This document shows, in pieces, positions 7,054-15,780 of a stretch of 19,839 nt of DNA. Within the stretch, counting starts at the first letter, position 1. Each line of letters begins with the position of its first letter. The notes beneath the pieces were generated by a model. It was given only the letters and a program-made list of their open reading frames with translations, did not search any database and was not told the origin of the DNA. The DNA comes from Alphaproteobacteria bacterium (GTDB taxonomy: Bacteria > Pseudomonadota > Alphaproteobacteria > UBA8317). Made by a program: the position numbers and the translations under genes. Where the stretch lies: the NCBI GenBank assembly GCA_038131935.1, contig JAYPQH010000012.1:1-19839 (forward strand), in the 5' to 3' direction.

Positions 7054-8505
7054 TTAATGTCGTGATGTCACGGCCATCACATAGGCCAGAATGGTGATAA
7101 TTTCCAAACGTCCTGCATACATGGTTGCCGTCATAATCCATTTTCCTAAATCTGGTATGGTCGAAAAATTTCCAGAAGGCCCAATCACAGGTCCAACCCC
7201 GGGTCCTACATTAGCCAACGTCGTTGCAGCACCTGAGATGGCAGTGATGGGATCAAGACCAACTAGGGATAAGGCAGTCGCTGAGATGGCATAGGTTGAG
7301 AAAAACACCAACATAAAGGCAAATACTGAGCGGGTTGTACGGTCTTCAATTTTTTTTCCAGCATATCGCGCCTCGAATACACCGCTTGGATAAATAAGTC
7401 GTTGGACTTGGACTTGAAGATGCGCAAACACAATTTGGTAACGAAAAATTTTCACGCCACAACAGGTTGAGCCTGCACAGCCTCCTACAAAGATCATGGC
7501 CAAGAATAGTAAGGTTGCTCCAGATCCCCATTGATCAAAGTCATCATTGGAATAGCCTGTGCCTGTCATTATTGAAATGATGTTCACACCTGCTAGAATA
7601 AAGGATTTGATGAGTGTATTGTCTGATTGATGTGACAACACAACAGTCATTGTCACAATCAGTAATGTCAGTATGACCAACAATGCCCGAACCTGGGGAT
7701 CTTCAAAGATGGCTCGAGCATTGCCTCTCAATAACTGAATATAAGCTAAGAAAGGCAGTGCACCACTGAGCATAAAACCCATGCAAAGTAACTGAATGTT
7801 GATATTATCAACATAACGCCCCATGGAATAATCTGATGAAGAAAATCCGCCTGTAGAGACAGTCGTCAAGGCATGCACCAAGGCGTCGAATCCACCCATG
7901 CCTGCGAGCGCATAGCAAACCATGCAACTTATAGTCAGGCCTAAATAGATAGATATGATCCAGGCTGATAGTTCACCAATACGGGGAAGTACTTTTGTCA
8001 TGTTCGCTGTGAATTCAATGCGGAAAATTTCCAAACCACCAACCTGAAGAGCTGGGAGAATAGCAACAGCCGTGGCCAGGATGCCGATACCTCCAATCCA
8101 ATTGAGCATAGCACGCCACAACAATATGCCAGGTGGCATATGGTCCAAGCCTGAAAGCACAGTTGCGCCTGTGGTGGTCAAACCTGACATGGATTCAAAA
8201 AGAGCATCCGTTATGCTCATATTGAGAGCGCCAAGAACCAGCGGTATGGATGCAAAAAGAGGAAGAATGATCCAGGCCAAAACGGTAACGGCCAAGGCAT
8301 CTCTACGCGAAAAATCAGGAGAACTGCCCCAACCCATCGAGGTAAGGGTTCCACCACAGAAAATGGTGATAAAACCAGACAATGCAAAGGCATGCCAATC
8401 TTCATTGCCTACTTGCAAATCTGCAAGAACAGGCAAATACATTCCACCCCCAAGAACCAATAGCATAGCGCCAAGGACTAAGATTAGTGGCTTACGAATA
8501 TTCAT
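7054..8505 (-). CDS. trkH: TrkH family potassium uptake permease
   Basis: Four pore-loop motifs (FESMSGLTTTG, TTVSTGGFS, SIMTGTGY, TTLANVGPG), WIGGIGI, GGCAGST..GVK, GRLEI. Start is ATG 8505 or TTG 8511. Confidence 0.95.
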   Translation of the reverse strand: MNIRKPLILVLGAMLLVLGGGMYLPVLADLQVGNEDWHAFALSGFITIFCGGTLTSMGWGSSPDFSRRDALAVTVLAWIILPLFASIPLVLGALNMSITDALFESMSGLTTTGATVLSGLDHMPPGILLWRAMLNWIGGIGILATAVAILPALQVGGLEIFRIEFTANMTKVLPRIGELSAWIISIYLGLTISCMVCYALAGMGGFDALVHALTTVSTGGFSSSDYSMGRYVDNINIQLLCMGFMLSGALPFLAYIQLLRGNARAIFEDPQVRALLVILTLLIVTMTVVLSHQSDNTLIKSFILAGVNIISIMTGTGYSNDDFDQWGSGATLLFLAMIFVGGCAGSTCCGVKIFRYQIVFAHLQVQVQRLIYPSGVFEARYAGKKIEDRTTRSVFAFMLVFFSTYAISATALSLVGLDPITAISGAATTLANVGPGVGPVIGPSGNFSTIPDLGKWIMTATMYAGRLEIITILAYVMAVTSRH

Positions 8506-8555
8506 TTTCAACCAACAGCACCATGAACCCTATTTCCTTGGTAGGGTATGTTGGT

Positions 8556-9188
8556 TCAAACGTCCAGCGTGCTTTGTGGGTTGCCAATAAGGGCCAAAAA
8601 TTCGCGACGGTAATCCCGGTCAGATTTAAACAGGCCTGTCATGCGGCTGGTCACGGTCGAAACGCCATGTTTGTGCACACCTCTGGTGGACATGCATTGA
8701 TGGGCTGCTTCAATCACCACAGCAACACCTCGCGCAGCCAACGTGTGTTCTATACAAGTTGCAATCTGAGCCGTCATCTTTTCTTGTACTTGAAGTCTTT
8801 TGGCAAACGCATCCACAACGCGGGCCAATTTAGAGATACCGACAACCCGTCCGGATGGGATGTACGCGACATGTGCTTGACCAATAATGGGCGCAAGATG
8901 ATGTTCACAATGGCTCTCAAAGCGAATGCCTTTAAGCATCACCATCTCATCATAACCTGCAACTTCTTCAAAAGTTTTTTCAAGATATTCCGCAGGGTCT
9001 ATTTGATACCCAGAGAACCATTCTCCGAATGCGCGCACAACACGTGCAGGTGTTTCCTGTAGCCCTTCTCGAGAAGGATCATCACCTGCCCAACTCAACA
9101 ATGTGCGTACTGCGTCTTCAGCTTGCTCCTGGGTTGGTTGCGGAACAAATTTCATGACCTGCTTGTTCATATCTATGTCTTCTTTCAT
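8556..9188 (-). CDS. folE: GTP cyclohydrolase I
   Basis: [11 protein letters not shown], zinc ligands SHCEHH and [25 protein letters not shown]. Confidence 0.96.
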   Translation of the reverse strand: MKEDIDMNKQVMKFVPQPTQEQAEDAVRTLLSWAGDDPSREGLQETPARVVRAFGEWFSGYQIDPAEYLEKTFEEVAGYDEMVMLKGIRFESHCEHHLAPIIGQAHVAYIPSGRVVGISKLARVVDAFAKRLQVQEKMTAQIATCIEHTLAARGVAVVIEAAHQCMSTRGVHKHGVSTVTSRMTGLFKSDRDYRREFLALIGNPQSTLDV

Positions 9189-9193
9189 CCAGA

Positions 9194-9604
9194 CTAATTC
9201 GCCTGACGTTTATCAAATGGGCTATCAAGCGAAAAAAGAGGAATCCCTATTTTTGCTTGCTCACCATTAGAACATAGCATGATATAGTGACCTGTCATCA
9301 TGCCGCAGGGAGTTTTTAGCGGTACACCGCTTGTATATTCAAAACTTGTGCCCGGATGAATGAGTGGTTGCTCACCCACAACTCCCTCGCCCTCAACGGT
9401 TTGGGTTAGGCCATGTGCATCTGTAATTTCCCAATAGCGTGACGTAAGTTTCCATCTTTCATGATCACGGTTGGTGATGACAATATGGTAGGCCCATACG
9501 AACAATGAGCGTTCTGGGTCCGATTGTTGTTCTAAAAAATGTGGGGTGACAGCAATTTCAAGGTTTTTGGTTTTTTTCTTGTAGGTTAAGGCTTGCGCTG
9601 TCAT
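9194..9604 (-). CDS. apaG: ApaG domain protein
   Basis: [43 protein letters not shown]; ATGA overlap with metZ. Confidence 0.95.
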   Translation of the reverse strand: MTAQALTYKKKTKNLEIAVTPHFLEQQSDPERSLFVWAYHIVITNRDHERWKLTSRYWEITDAHGLTQTVEGEGVVGEQPLIHPGTSFEYTSGVPLKTPCGMMTGHYIMLCSNGEQAKIGIPLFSLDSPFDKRQAN

Positions 9605-10761
9605 GTACCCATACCCCTCATCAAGTCTTCAATAAGGTCGTCGGAATGTTCAAGGCCAACAGATAATCTTAATGTGCCTGGGGTGATACCAAGAAGTATT
9701 TTTTCTTCTTCTGGAAGTTTTGCATGGGTGGTGCTGGCAGGGTGGGTAATCAGACTTTTTGCATCCCCCAAATTGTTGGATATACGCACCAGCTTTAGCG
9801 CATTTAACATATCGAAGGCATGCTTTTTGTCCTCCAACTCGAAGCTGATGAGTGTTCCCCCCCGTCGCATTTGCGACTTGGCCAATGCATATTGTGGATG
9901 ATCTGGGTCATGGGGGTAACGGACATTATGTATGCCAGGCTGTTGTTTTAAAAATTGACAGAGGGTTTCGGCGGTATCTGTCGCGCGTTCTACCCTCAAA
10001 TCCAATGTCTCCAATCCTTTCAACATAACCCAGGCATTGAATGGAGACATAGCAGGTCCTGTATGACGAACGAATTTTTCGTACAGCTCTTCAAAAAGTT
10101 CGGTCTTTGTTATGATCGCTCCGCCTAAGCATCGTCCTTGTCCATCGATATGTTTTGTTGTGGAGTAGGCGACAACATCTGCACCCAGCTCTAGGGGCTT
10201 TTGAAAACTCGGTGTGGCAAAAACATTATCTACGACCAACAGAGCATTTGCGGAATGGGCTAAATTGGCAAGATGGGCTATGTCCACCAACTCAAGACAG
10301 GGGTTTGAGGGACTTTCACAGAAAAATAATTTTGTGTTCTCCCGCACAGCTTGTTCCCATTGTTTGGGGTCGCGTCCATCCACCATCGTGGTGGTGATAC
10401 CATATCGAGGAAGCAGTTCAGATATAATGAAGTGGCAGGACCCGAATAATGCTCGGGATGCCACAACATGATCACCCGCCCGTAAGGGGGCAAAAATTGC
10501 TGTGAACATAGCTGCCATTCCGCTGGATGTGGCGAAGGCACGCTCCCCATGTTCCAAGAGTGCAAGCCGCTTCTCAAACATGTCATTCGTAGGGTTGGCA
10601 TATCGAGAATAAACAAATCCATCCTGCTCTCCCGCAAATCGGGCTGCGGCATCTTCAGCACTAGAATAAGAGTAGCCTGACGTTAAAAACATAGCCTCAG
10701 AGGTTTCTCCAAAGGAACTGTATTGATTGCCGCCATGGATCGCCAAGGTTTCACGCTTCAT
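9601..10761 (-). CDS. metZ: O-succinylhomoserine sulfhydrylase
   Basis: ETSEAMFLTSGY, YSRYANP, ESPSNP, VDNVFATP, PLP lysine in YSTTKHIDGQGRCLGG, SNNLGDAKSLITHPASTTH. Start moved to ATG 10761 (MKRETLAIHGG) with GGAGA upstream. Confidence 0.93.
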   Translation of the reverse strand: MKRETLAIHGGNQYSSFGETSEAMFLTSGYSYSSAEDAAARFAGEQDGFVYSRYANPTNDMFEKRLALLEHGERAFATSSGMAAMFTAIFAPLRAGDHVVASRALFGSCHFIISELLPRYGITTTMVDGRDPKQWEQAVRENTKLFFCESPSNPCLELVDIAHLANLAHSANALLVVDNVFATPSFQKPLELGADVVAYSTTKHIDGQGRCLGGAIITKTELFEELYEKFVRHTGPAMSPFNAWVMLKGLETLDLRVERATDTAETLCQFLKQQPGIHNVRYPHDPDHPQYALAKSQMRRGGTLISFELEDKKHAFDMLNALKLVRISNNLGDAKSLITHPASTTHAKLPEEEKILLGITPGTLRLSVGLEHSDDLIEDLMRGMGT

Positions 10762-10780
10762 CTTTTTTTGTCTCCAAAGG

Positions 10781-11710
10781 TTATGTTGCTGAACATGCAC
10801 CCCCACCAAGTACACAAAAACTTGCGCACCAAGGGTGATTGAGGGCTATGTCCCTTTGATAGTTGGACATATCCGTGCCCAAATCAAAATCATCCTCATA
10901 AGGCAGTAGGGTACAAGCAACAAGGCTGGGCTTTGTTTGGTTCTTTCTTCTTACCAGCATGCGTCCTGTGGCGCACATCAATTCAGAAGGGCTTTTGTTC
11001 AGGATACGCCAACAGTCTGTTGTTATTTCAGGGGGGCTTTGATCAGATGTCATTTCTGGAAAGAGTATGAGTTGATCTGCTTTTGAAGCGTTGATCGTCC
11101 AGCCCTTTTCGTGAAACAACCGCGCATATGAGGCGCGTACATCTTGCTCTGCTCGACCCCATAAGCGCCCAGCAATATGTACTGTAAAACCATGTTGGAT
11201 TAACCTGTCGATCCCTTCACAAGCAAGGGCAAACGCACCTGTTCCGCGTTCTGCATCATGACATCCTGGCTGGCTGTCATCTAAGCTTACACGAAAGATC
11301 ACATGGTTGCGTATTTTGTGTGCGTGATTGAGCAGCTCTAATTGGATATGTGGCCGTAATAGAGGTCGCATGGCATTGGTCAGTAAGAGTATGTCTTGTG
11401 TATGATCAAGACAGGTGAGGATAATCCTAAAAATATCTTTGTTCATAAAAGGTTCACCACCGGTAATGCCGATGGCTTTGGGTGCGTCATCTTTTTTATG
11501 AAGTTGTCTAAGACATTCTGTTACTTCATCTGCTGTAATGTACAACAAACGATCATTGCGTGGGCTAGACTCAATATAGCAATTGGCGCAGGTTATGTTG
11601 CACAACGTACCTGTATTGATCCACAACATCTTCATTTTTTCAAAGGGAACAATAGCACGAGGACTCCCATCCGCGCATATGTTGGGATCGGTAAAAGGTT
11701 GTGGTGTCAT
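10781..11710 (-). CDS. Radical SAM protein of unknown function with Cys-rich C-terminus
   Basis: CxxxCxxC as CNITCANC, TGGEP, LTN, SLD, RG.GAF; additional C-terminal Cys residues. Start at ATG 11710 overlaps the sixA TGA. Confidence 0.9.
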   Translation of the reverse strand: MTPQPFTDPNICADGSPRAIVPFEKMKMLWINTGTLCNITCANCYIESSPRNDRLLYITADEVTECLRQLHKKDDAPKAIGITGGEPFMNKDIFRIILTCLDHTQDILLLTNAMRPLLRPHIQLELLNHAHKIRNHVIFRVSLDDSQPGCHDAERGTGAFALACEGIDRLIQHGFTVHIAGRLWGRAEQDVRASYARLFHEKGWTINASKADQLILFPEMTSDQSPPEITTDCWRILNKSPSELMCATGRMLVRRKNQTKPSLVACTLLPYEDDFDLGTDMSNYQRDIALNHPWCASFCVLGGGACSAT

Positions 11711-12243
11711 ATGTTGCTTACCATGAGTTGTGAAGGTGTTGTGAAGCTTGTCAGAGAAGGCATGCTCTGCAAAAATTGACGCCAATCTGTGGCAACTGCC
11801 TCAAAGCAGGCAAGACCTGCTGTGGGGTACTTATTATGCAATCGTGTGACCATCTCATGATTTTGATGGGAACAGAGTTTTTGTGCAAGCTGCTCTAGAC
11901 CTGGATTGTGCCCAACAATCATTATGTCACGGATAGAGGATGGTACCTCTTCAATAATTTTGGCAATGGTTGTGGGGGTTGCCAAATATAAGTCATTATG
12001 TGCTTGGGGTTCTGTCTCGCTTGCAGTCTTCTGAAGCCAAATGTTGATGGTTTCTGTTGTGCGTTTGGCAGGAGAATACAAGGCAAGCTGTGGGATAAGA
12101 CCGTGATGGCGCATGAATTCTGCCATGTCAGACGCTGCACGACGACCGCGCTGGTTCAAGGGGCGCTCACTGTCACTCCAGTTAGGGTTCTGCCAACTAG
12201 ATTTGGCGTGGCGCAGCAAAAGCAATGTGCGTTTGGTCTTCAT
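11707..12243 (-). CDS. sixA: SixA-like histidine phosphatase family protein
   Basis: LLLLRHAKSSW, D.ERPLN.RG, SPAKRT.ET, LYLA, IVGHNPGL, KYPTAG. Confidence 0.88.
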   Translation of the reverse strand: MKTKRTLLLLRHAKSSWQNPNWSDSERPLNQRGRRAASDMAEFMRHHGLIPQLALYSPAKRTTETINIWLQKTASETEPQAHNDLYLATPTTIAKIIEEVPSSIRDIMIVGHNPGLEQLAQKLCSHQNHEMVTRLHNKYPTAGLACFEAVATDWRQFLQSMPSLTSFTTPSQLMVSNI

Positions 12244-12641
12244 AGTCTTGCAAAACGAGCTGCCGTAGCTTTTTCAATCGCTGCAGCATACAATCTTTCA
12301 ATATCCATTCTACGGCGCAATATTTCCAGGACTTCTAATTCTTCATCCTGTAATGCGCCGTCTGCTGCAGCAACATCACATGCCAGTGAATAGGCAGTCA
12401 AACGAAGTTTTGGTGGAAGAAGTTCCTTGACCTCATCAATGAGCTCCTGAAGGCCATTCTCGCGTTCTAAATAAGATGCACAGTCTTCAGCCGCCTCACG
12501 CATATTCTCCAGATCATACCCCTCAAACACGGGAAGCGTTCTTACCAAAGATGTCATGACCGCAAGCTCCGCATCAGTCATATTGCCGTCTGCGGCGGAA
12601 ACGACGACCATTAATGCAACCAAACCATCCTGCTTGATCAT
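12240..12641 (-). CDS. Tellurite resistance TerB family protein
   Basis: VSAADG.MTDAEL and TAYSLACDVAAADG.LQDEELEVL metal-binding repeats; GAGG upstream; divergent from lysS. Confidence 0.88.
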   Translation of the reverse strand: MIKQDGLVALMVVVSAADGNMTDAELAVMTSLVRTLPVFEGYDLENMREAAEDCASYLERENGLQELIDEVKELLPPKLRLTAYSLACDVAAADGALQDEELEVLEILRRRMDIERLYAAAIEKATAARFARL

Positions 12642-12791
12642 TTCTTTTGTTGCCTCTTATTCACATGTTCTCAAACCACATATGTTGTAACAGATTTGTG
12701 CAACAACCAAAAACCTTTTGTGACAAAACTATCAAAAGTGGTTGATTGCAGGTCATCAGCTGACTAAGGCATATCCTGTGATCAGTTAGTA

Positions 12792-14375
12792 ATGGTGCAA
12801 AATATGTCAGAAAATATAATTCCTTTTATGGAAAACGCCAAAGCTTGGCCATTTGAAGAAGCTCGAAAACTGGCAAAGAAATTTCGTGGAGAACTTCCAG
12901 AAAAAGGATATGTACTGTTCCAAACCGGTTATGGTCCATCTGGGCTGCCACATATTGGTACCTTCGGAGAGGTGGCGAGGACGTCTATGGTCCGTTATGC
13001 ATTTGAGCAATTAACGGGTTTTCCAACCAAATTGATTGCTTTTTCAGATGACATGGATGGTTTTCGCAAGGTTCCTAGTAACGTCCCTCAACAAGATATG
13101 CTTGCAAAGGCAATAGGATTGCCACTCACAAAAGTCCCAGATCCTTTTGGAACCCATGAGAGTTTTGGCGCACATAACAATGCGCGGTTACAACATTTTC
13201 TTGATGGCTTTGGATTTGATTATGAATTCCGTTCAGCAACAGCGTGCTACCAATCGGGTTTATTCGATGGAGCCTTGTTAAGGGTTCTTGAATGTTATGA
13301 TGAGATCATGGCTGTTATTCTGCCAACCTTAGGCAAGGAGCGACAGCTTACATATTCGCCATTTTTACCTATTTCTCCTGCCACCGGTCGCGTGCTTCAG
13401 GTGCCGATCTTGGACAGGAATTTAAAAGATGGAACCGTGACATTTAGGGATGAAGATGGAAGGGAGGTTACCCAACCTGTGACAGGGGGGCATTGCAAGC
13501 TGCAGTGGAAACCCGATTGGGCCATGCGCTGGCACGCACTTGATGTAGATTATGAGATGGCAGGGAAAGACCTTATTCCGTCCATTGAGTTGGGACAAAA
13601 AATCGTTAAAATTTTAGGTGATGCGCGACCTGTTAATTTTGTTTATGAATTATTTCTTGATGACAAGGGCGAGAAGATTTCAAAATCTAAGGGAAATGGT
13701 ATATCGCTGGAGGAGTGGCTTAGCTATGCAAGCCCAGAATCCCTTGCCCTATTCATGTATCATGCACCGCGAAAAGCGAAGCGCTTGCATTTTGATGTGA
13801 TACCCAAAAATGCAGATGATTATGCAACTCATATACAGAAATTTGCTGAGCAAGATGAGGCCAGTAAACTAGAAAACCCTGTGTGGCATATTCACCAAGG
13901 AAATCCTCCAAAACAGGAACAGCCCATCAGCTTCTCCATGCTATTAAATCTGGTGAGTGCTTCAAATGCTTCCAGTCCGGACTTGTTGTGGGGCTATATC
14001 TCAGCCTATGCGGCTGGCGTGACGCGAGAAACCCATCCCCAAATGGACCAGCTTGTATCCTATGCCATGGCGTATTATCGAGATTTTGTCGCTCCTGCCA
14101 AAGAGTTCCGTCGCCCCAATCCCCATGAACGAGGGGCCTTAGAAGATCTTGCAATGGCGTTAAAGGAGCTAGGTGAACATGCGGCTGCTGAAGACATTCA
14201 GTCGGCGATTTTTTCGGTAGGAAAAAAGCACCAATTTGATCCCTTGCGCACATGGTTTGGCACTATTTATGAAACCCTATTGGGGCAAAAAGAAGGACCA
14301 CGTATGGGAAGTTTCATCCGCCTTTATGGGATGGATTCCACAATTGATTTGATTGATCAGGCATTAGAACGGTGA
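12792..14375 (+). CDS. lysS: Class I lysyl-tRNA synthetase
   Basis: KAWPFEEA, TGYGPSGLPHIGT (HIGH-like), KLQWKPDWAMRW, EMAGKDL, KISKSKGN (KMSKS-like), GPRMGSF. The start could be ATG 12804. Confidence 0.96.
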   Translation: MVQNMSENIIPFMENAKAWPFEEARKLAKKFRGELPEKGYVLFQTGYGPSGLPHIGTFGEVARTSMVRYAFEQLTGFPTKLIAFSDDMDGFRKVPSNVPQQDMLAKAIGLPLTKVPDPFGTHESFGAHNNARLQHFLDGFGFDYEFRSATACYQSGLFDGALLRVLECYDEIMAVILPTLGKERQLTYSPFLPISPATGRVLQVPILDRNLKDGTVTFRDEDGREVTQPVTGGHCKLQWKPDWAMRWHALDVDYEMAGKDLIPSIELGQKIVKILGDARPVNFVYELFLDDKGEKISKSKGNGISLEEWLSYASPESLALFMYHAPRKAKRLHFDVIPKNADDYATHIQKFAEQDEASKLENPVWHIHQGNPPKQEQPISFSMLLNLVSASNASSPDLLWGYISAYAAGVTRETHPQMDQLVSYAMAYYRDFVAPAKEFRRPNPHERGALEDLAMALKELGEHAAAEDIQSAIFSVGKKHQFDPLRTWFGTIYETLLGQKEGPRMGSFIRLYGMDSTIDLIDQALER

Positions 14376-14713
14376 CAAAAATTTTCAAAATACTGCCCCA
14401 AGATGTTTTTTCCCAGTTAGAGGATCAATATCGCTTTATGGGATGGCGTGATGACCTTCGCGATGGATTTATTCATTGTTCAACGGCTGAACAGCTTACA
14501 GGCACGTTGATGAAGCATTTTGACGGTTATCAGCAATTGGTTGTGCTAGAATTTTCCACCCACAACGTACCGCACCTCACTTGGGAACCCTCTCGGGATG
14601 GTCAGGATTTCCCCCATATTTACGGGCCTTTGGACATGACCCAGGCTGATCAAATATATGAATTGGCCCGCCAGGAAGATGGCTTGTTTCCCCCTCTTGG
14701 TATTGGTGCTTAA
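14372..14713 (+). CDS. DUF952 domain protein
   Basis: IFKI, DLRDGFIHCST.EQ, L.WEPSR.G..FPHIYGPL; GTGA overlap with lysS; directly upstream of pyrD. Confidence 0.9.
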   Translation: MTKIFKILPQDVFSQLEDQYRFMGWRDDLRDGFIHCSTAEQLTGTLMKHFDGYQQLVVLEFSTHNVPHLTWEPSRDGQDFPHIYGPLDMTQADQIYELARQEDGLFPPLGIGA

Positions 14714-14715
14714 AG

Positions 14716-15780
14716 ATGATGGGTGGTCATTGGTACAAATATTTTCGTTCAGTACTATTTATGTTGCCGCCTGAGATGGCTCATCATGCGGCTTTGCTTG
14801 GCATCAAAATGTTTCCCCCGCGTCGAAATCTTCCATCTCCTAGGCTAAAAATTACATTGGCCGGTATGGCTTTGGATAGTCCCATCGGACTTGCAGCGGG
14901 ATTTGACAAGGATGCATCGGCGGTTGATGCGCTTTTTCGTATAGGCTTTGCGGCCGTGGAAACAGGTACCGTGACGCCACTGCCTCAAGCAGGCAATCCT
15001 CGCCCAAGATTATTTCGCTTGATCGAAGATGAAGCCGTCATTAACCGCATGGGCTTTCCTGGTCGGGGCTTGGAATATGTGGTGCGTCGCCTTGCATCCG
15101 ATCATATTGGTGAGGGTGTCTTAGGGGTAAATATTGGGGCTAACAAAGATAGTGCCGACCGCCGCCAAGACTATCAAACCTGTGCAGCACGCTTTCTTCC
15201 TTTGGCGAATTACTTAACAATCAATGTATCGTCCCCAAACACGGTGGGTTTGCGCGATTTGCAAGCGGGTAGCGAGCTTTATAGCTTGACCCAAAGCGTC
15301 GTGAAAGAACGTGATTTATGGTATGATGAGTCACGACGCTTTGTTCCGATATTTGTAAAATTGGCACCAGATTTGGATCATGATGCATTAAAATTTGCGC
15401 TTGATGGGGCCATTGATGCTGGTGCAACAGGCTTTGTATTGACCAACACCACCATAACGCGGCCATCGTCACTGCGCAGTGGGGATAAGCAGCAATCTGG
15501 CGGGTTATCTGGCAAACCGTTGGCTGCACTTTCCCTACAACATTTGATGTGGGCGCGGCAGCATCTTGGACCCGACGTACCGCTTGTGTCGGCGGGTGGT
15601 GTTTTTACAGGAGCAGACGTGTTGGAGCGCATGCTTCATGGGGCCAACGCTGTGCAGTTATACACAGCTATGGTTTATCGTGGTCCGGGGATTGTAAACT
15701 TGCTGCATCATGAGCTTTTGGAGGCCATGGATGAACATGGCATAGCACAGCTTGGAGATATTAAGGGGTTGGGTGCCTAA
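14716..15780 (+). CDS. pyrD: Quinone-dependent dihydroorotate dehydrogenase (class 2)
   Basis: PEMAHH, GLAAGFDK, GTVTP.PQ.GNPRPRLFR, NRMGF, NVSSPNT.GLR, VKLAPD, TNTT, GGLSG, VQLYTA. Confidence 0.96.
   Translation: MMGGHWYKYFRSVLFMLPPEMAHHAALLGIKMFPPRRNLPSPRLKITLAGMALDSPIGLAAGFDKDASAVDALFRIGFAAVETGTVTPLPQAGNPRPRLFRLIEDEAVINRMGFPGRGLEYVVRRLASDHIGEGVLGVNIGANKDSADRRQDYQTCAARFLPLANYLTINVSSPNTVGLRDLQAGSELYSLTQSVVKERDLWYDESRRFVPIFVKLAPDLDHDALKFALDGAIDAGATGFVLTNTTITRPSSLRSGDKQQSGGLSGKPLAALSLQHLMWARQHLGPDVPLVSAGGVFTGADVLERMLHGANAVQLYTAMVYRGPGIVNLLHHELLEAMDEHGIAQLGDIKGLGA

Noticed and set aside
8072-9062. Long plus-strand ORFs 8072-8590 and 8487-9062
   Set aside because: Antisense shadows of trkH and folE with no family motifs.
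10781-10800. Selenocysteine read-through in the radical SAM protein
   Set aside because: The ORF ends in TAA and has no in-frame TGA.
10762-10815. N-terminal extension of MetZ from the ORF track; likewise radical SAM 11711-11785, HslO 6102-6122 and GcrA 2632-2646
   Set aside because: Downstream starts have better ribosome sites or 4-nt coupling and match family N-termini.
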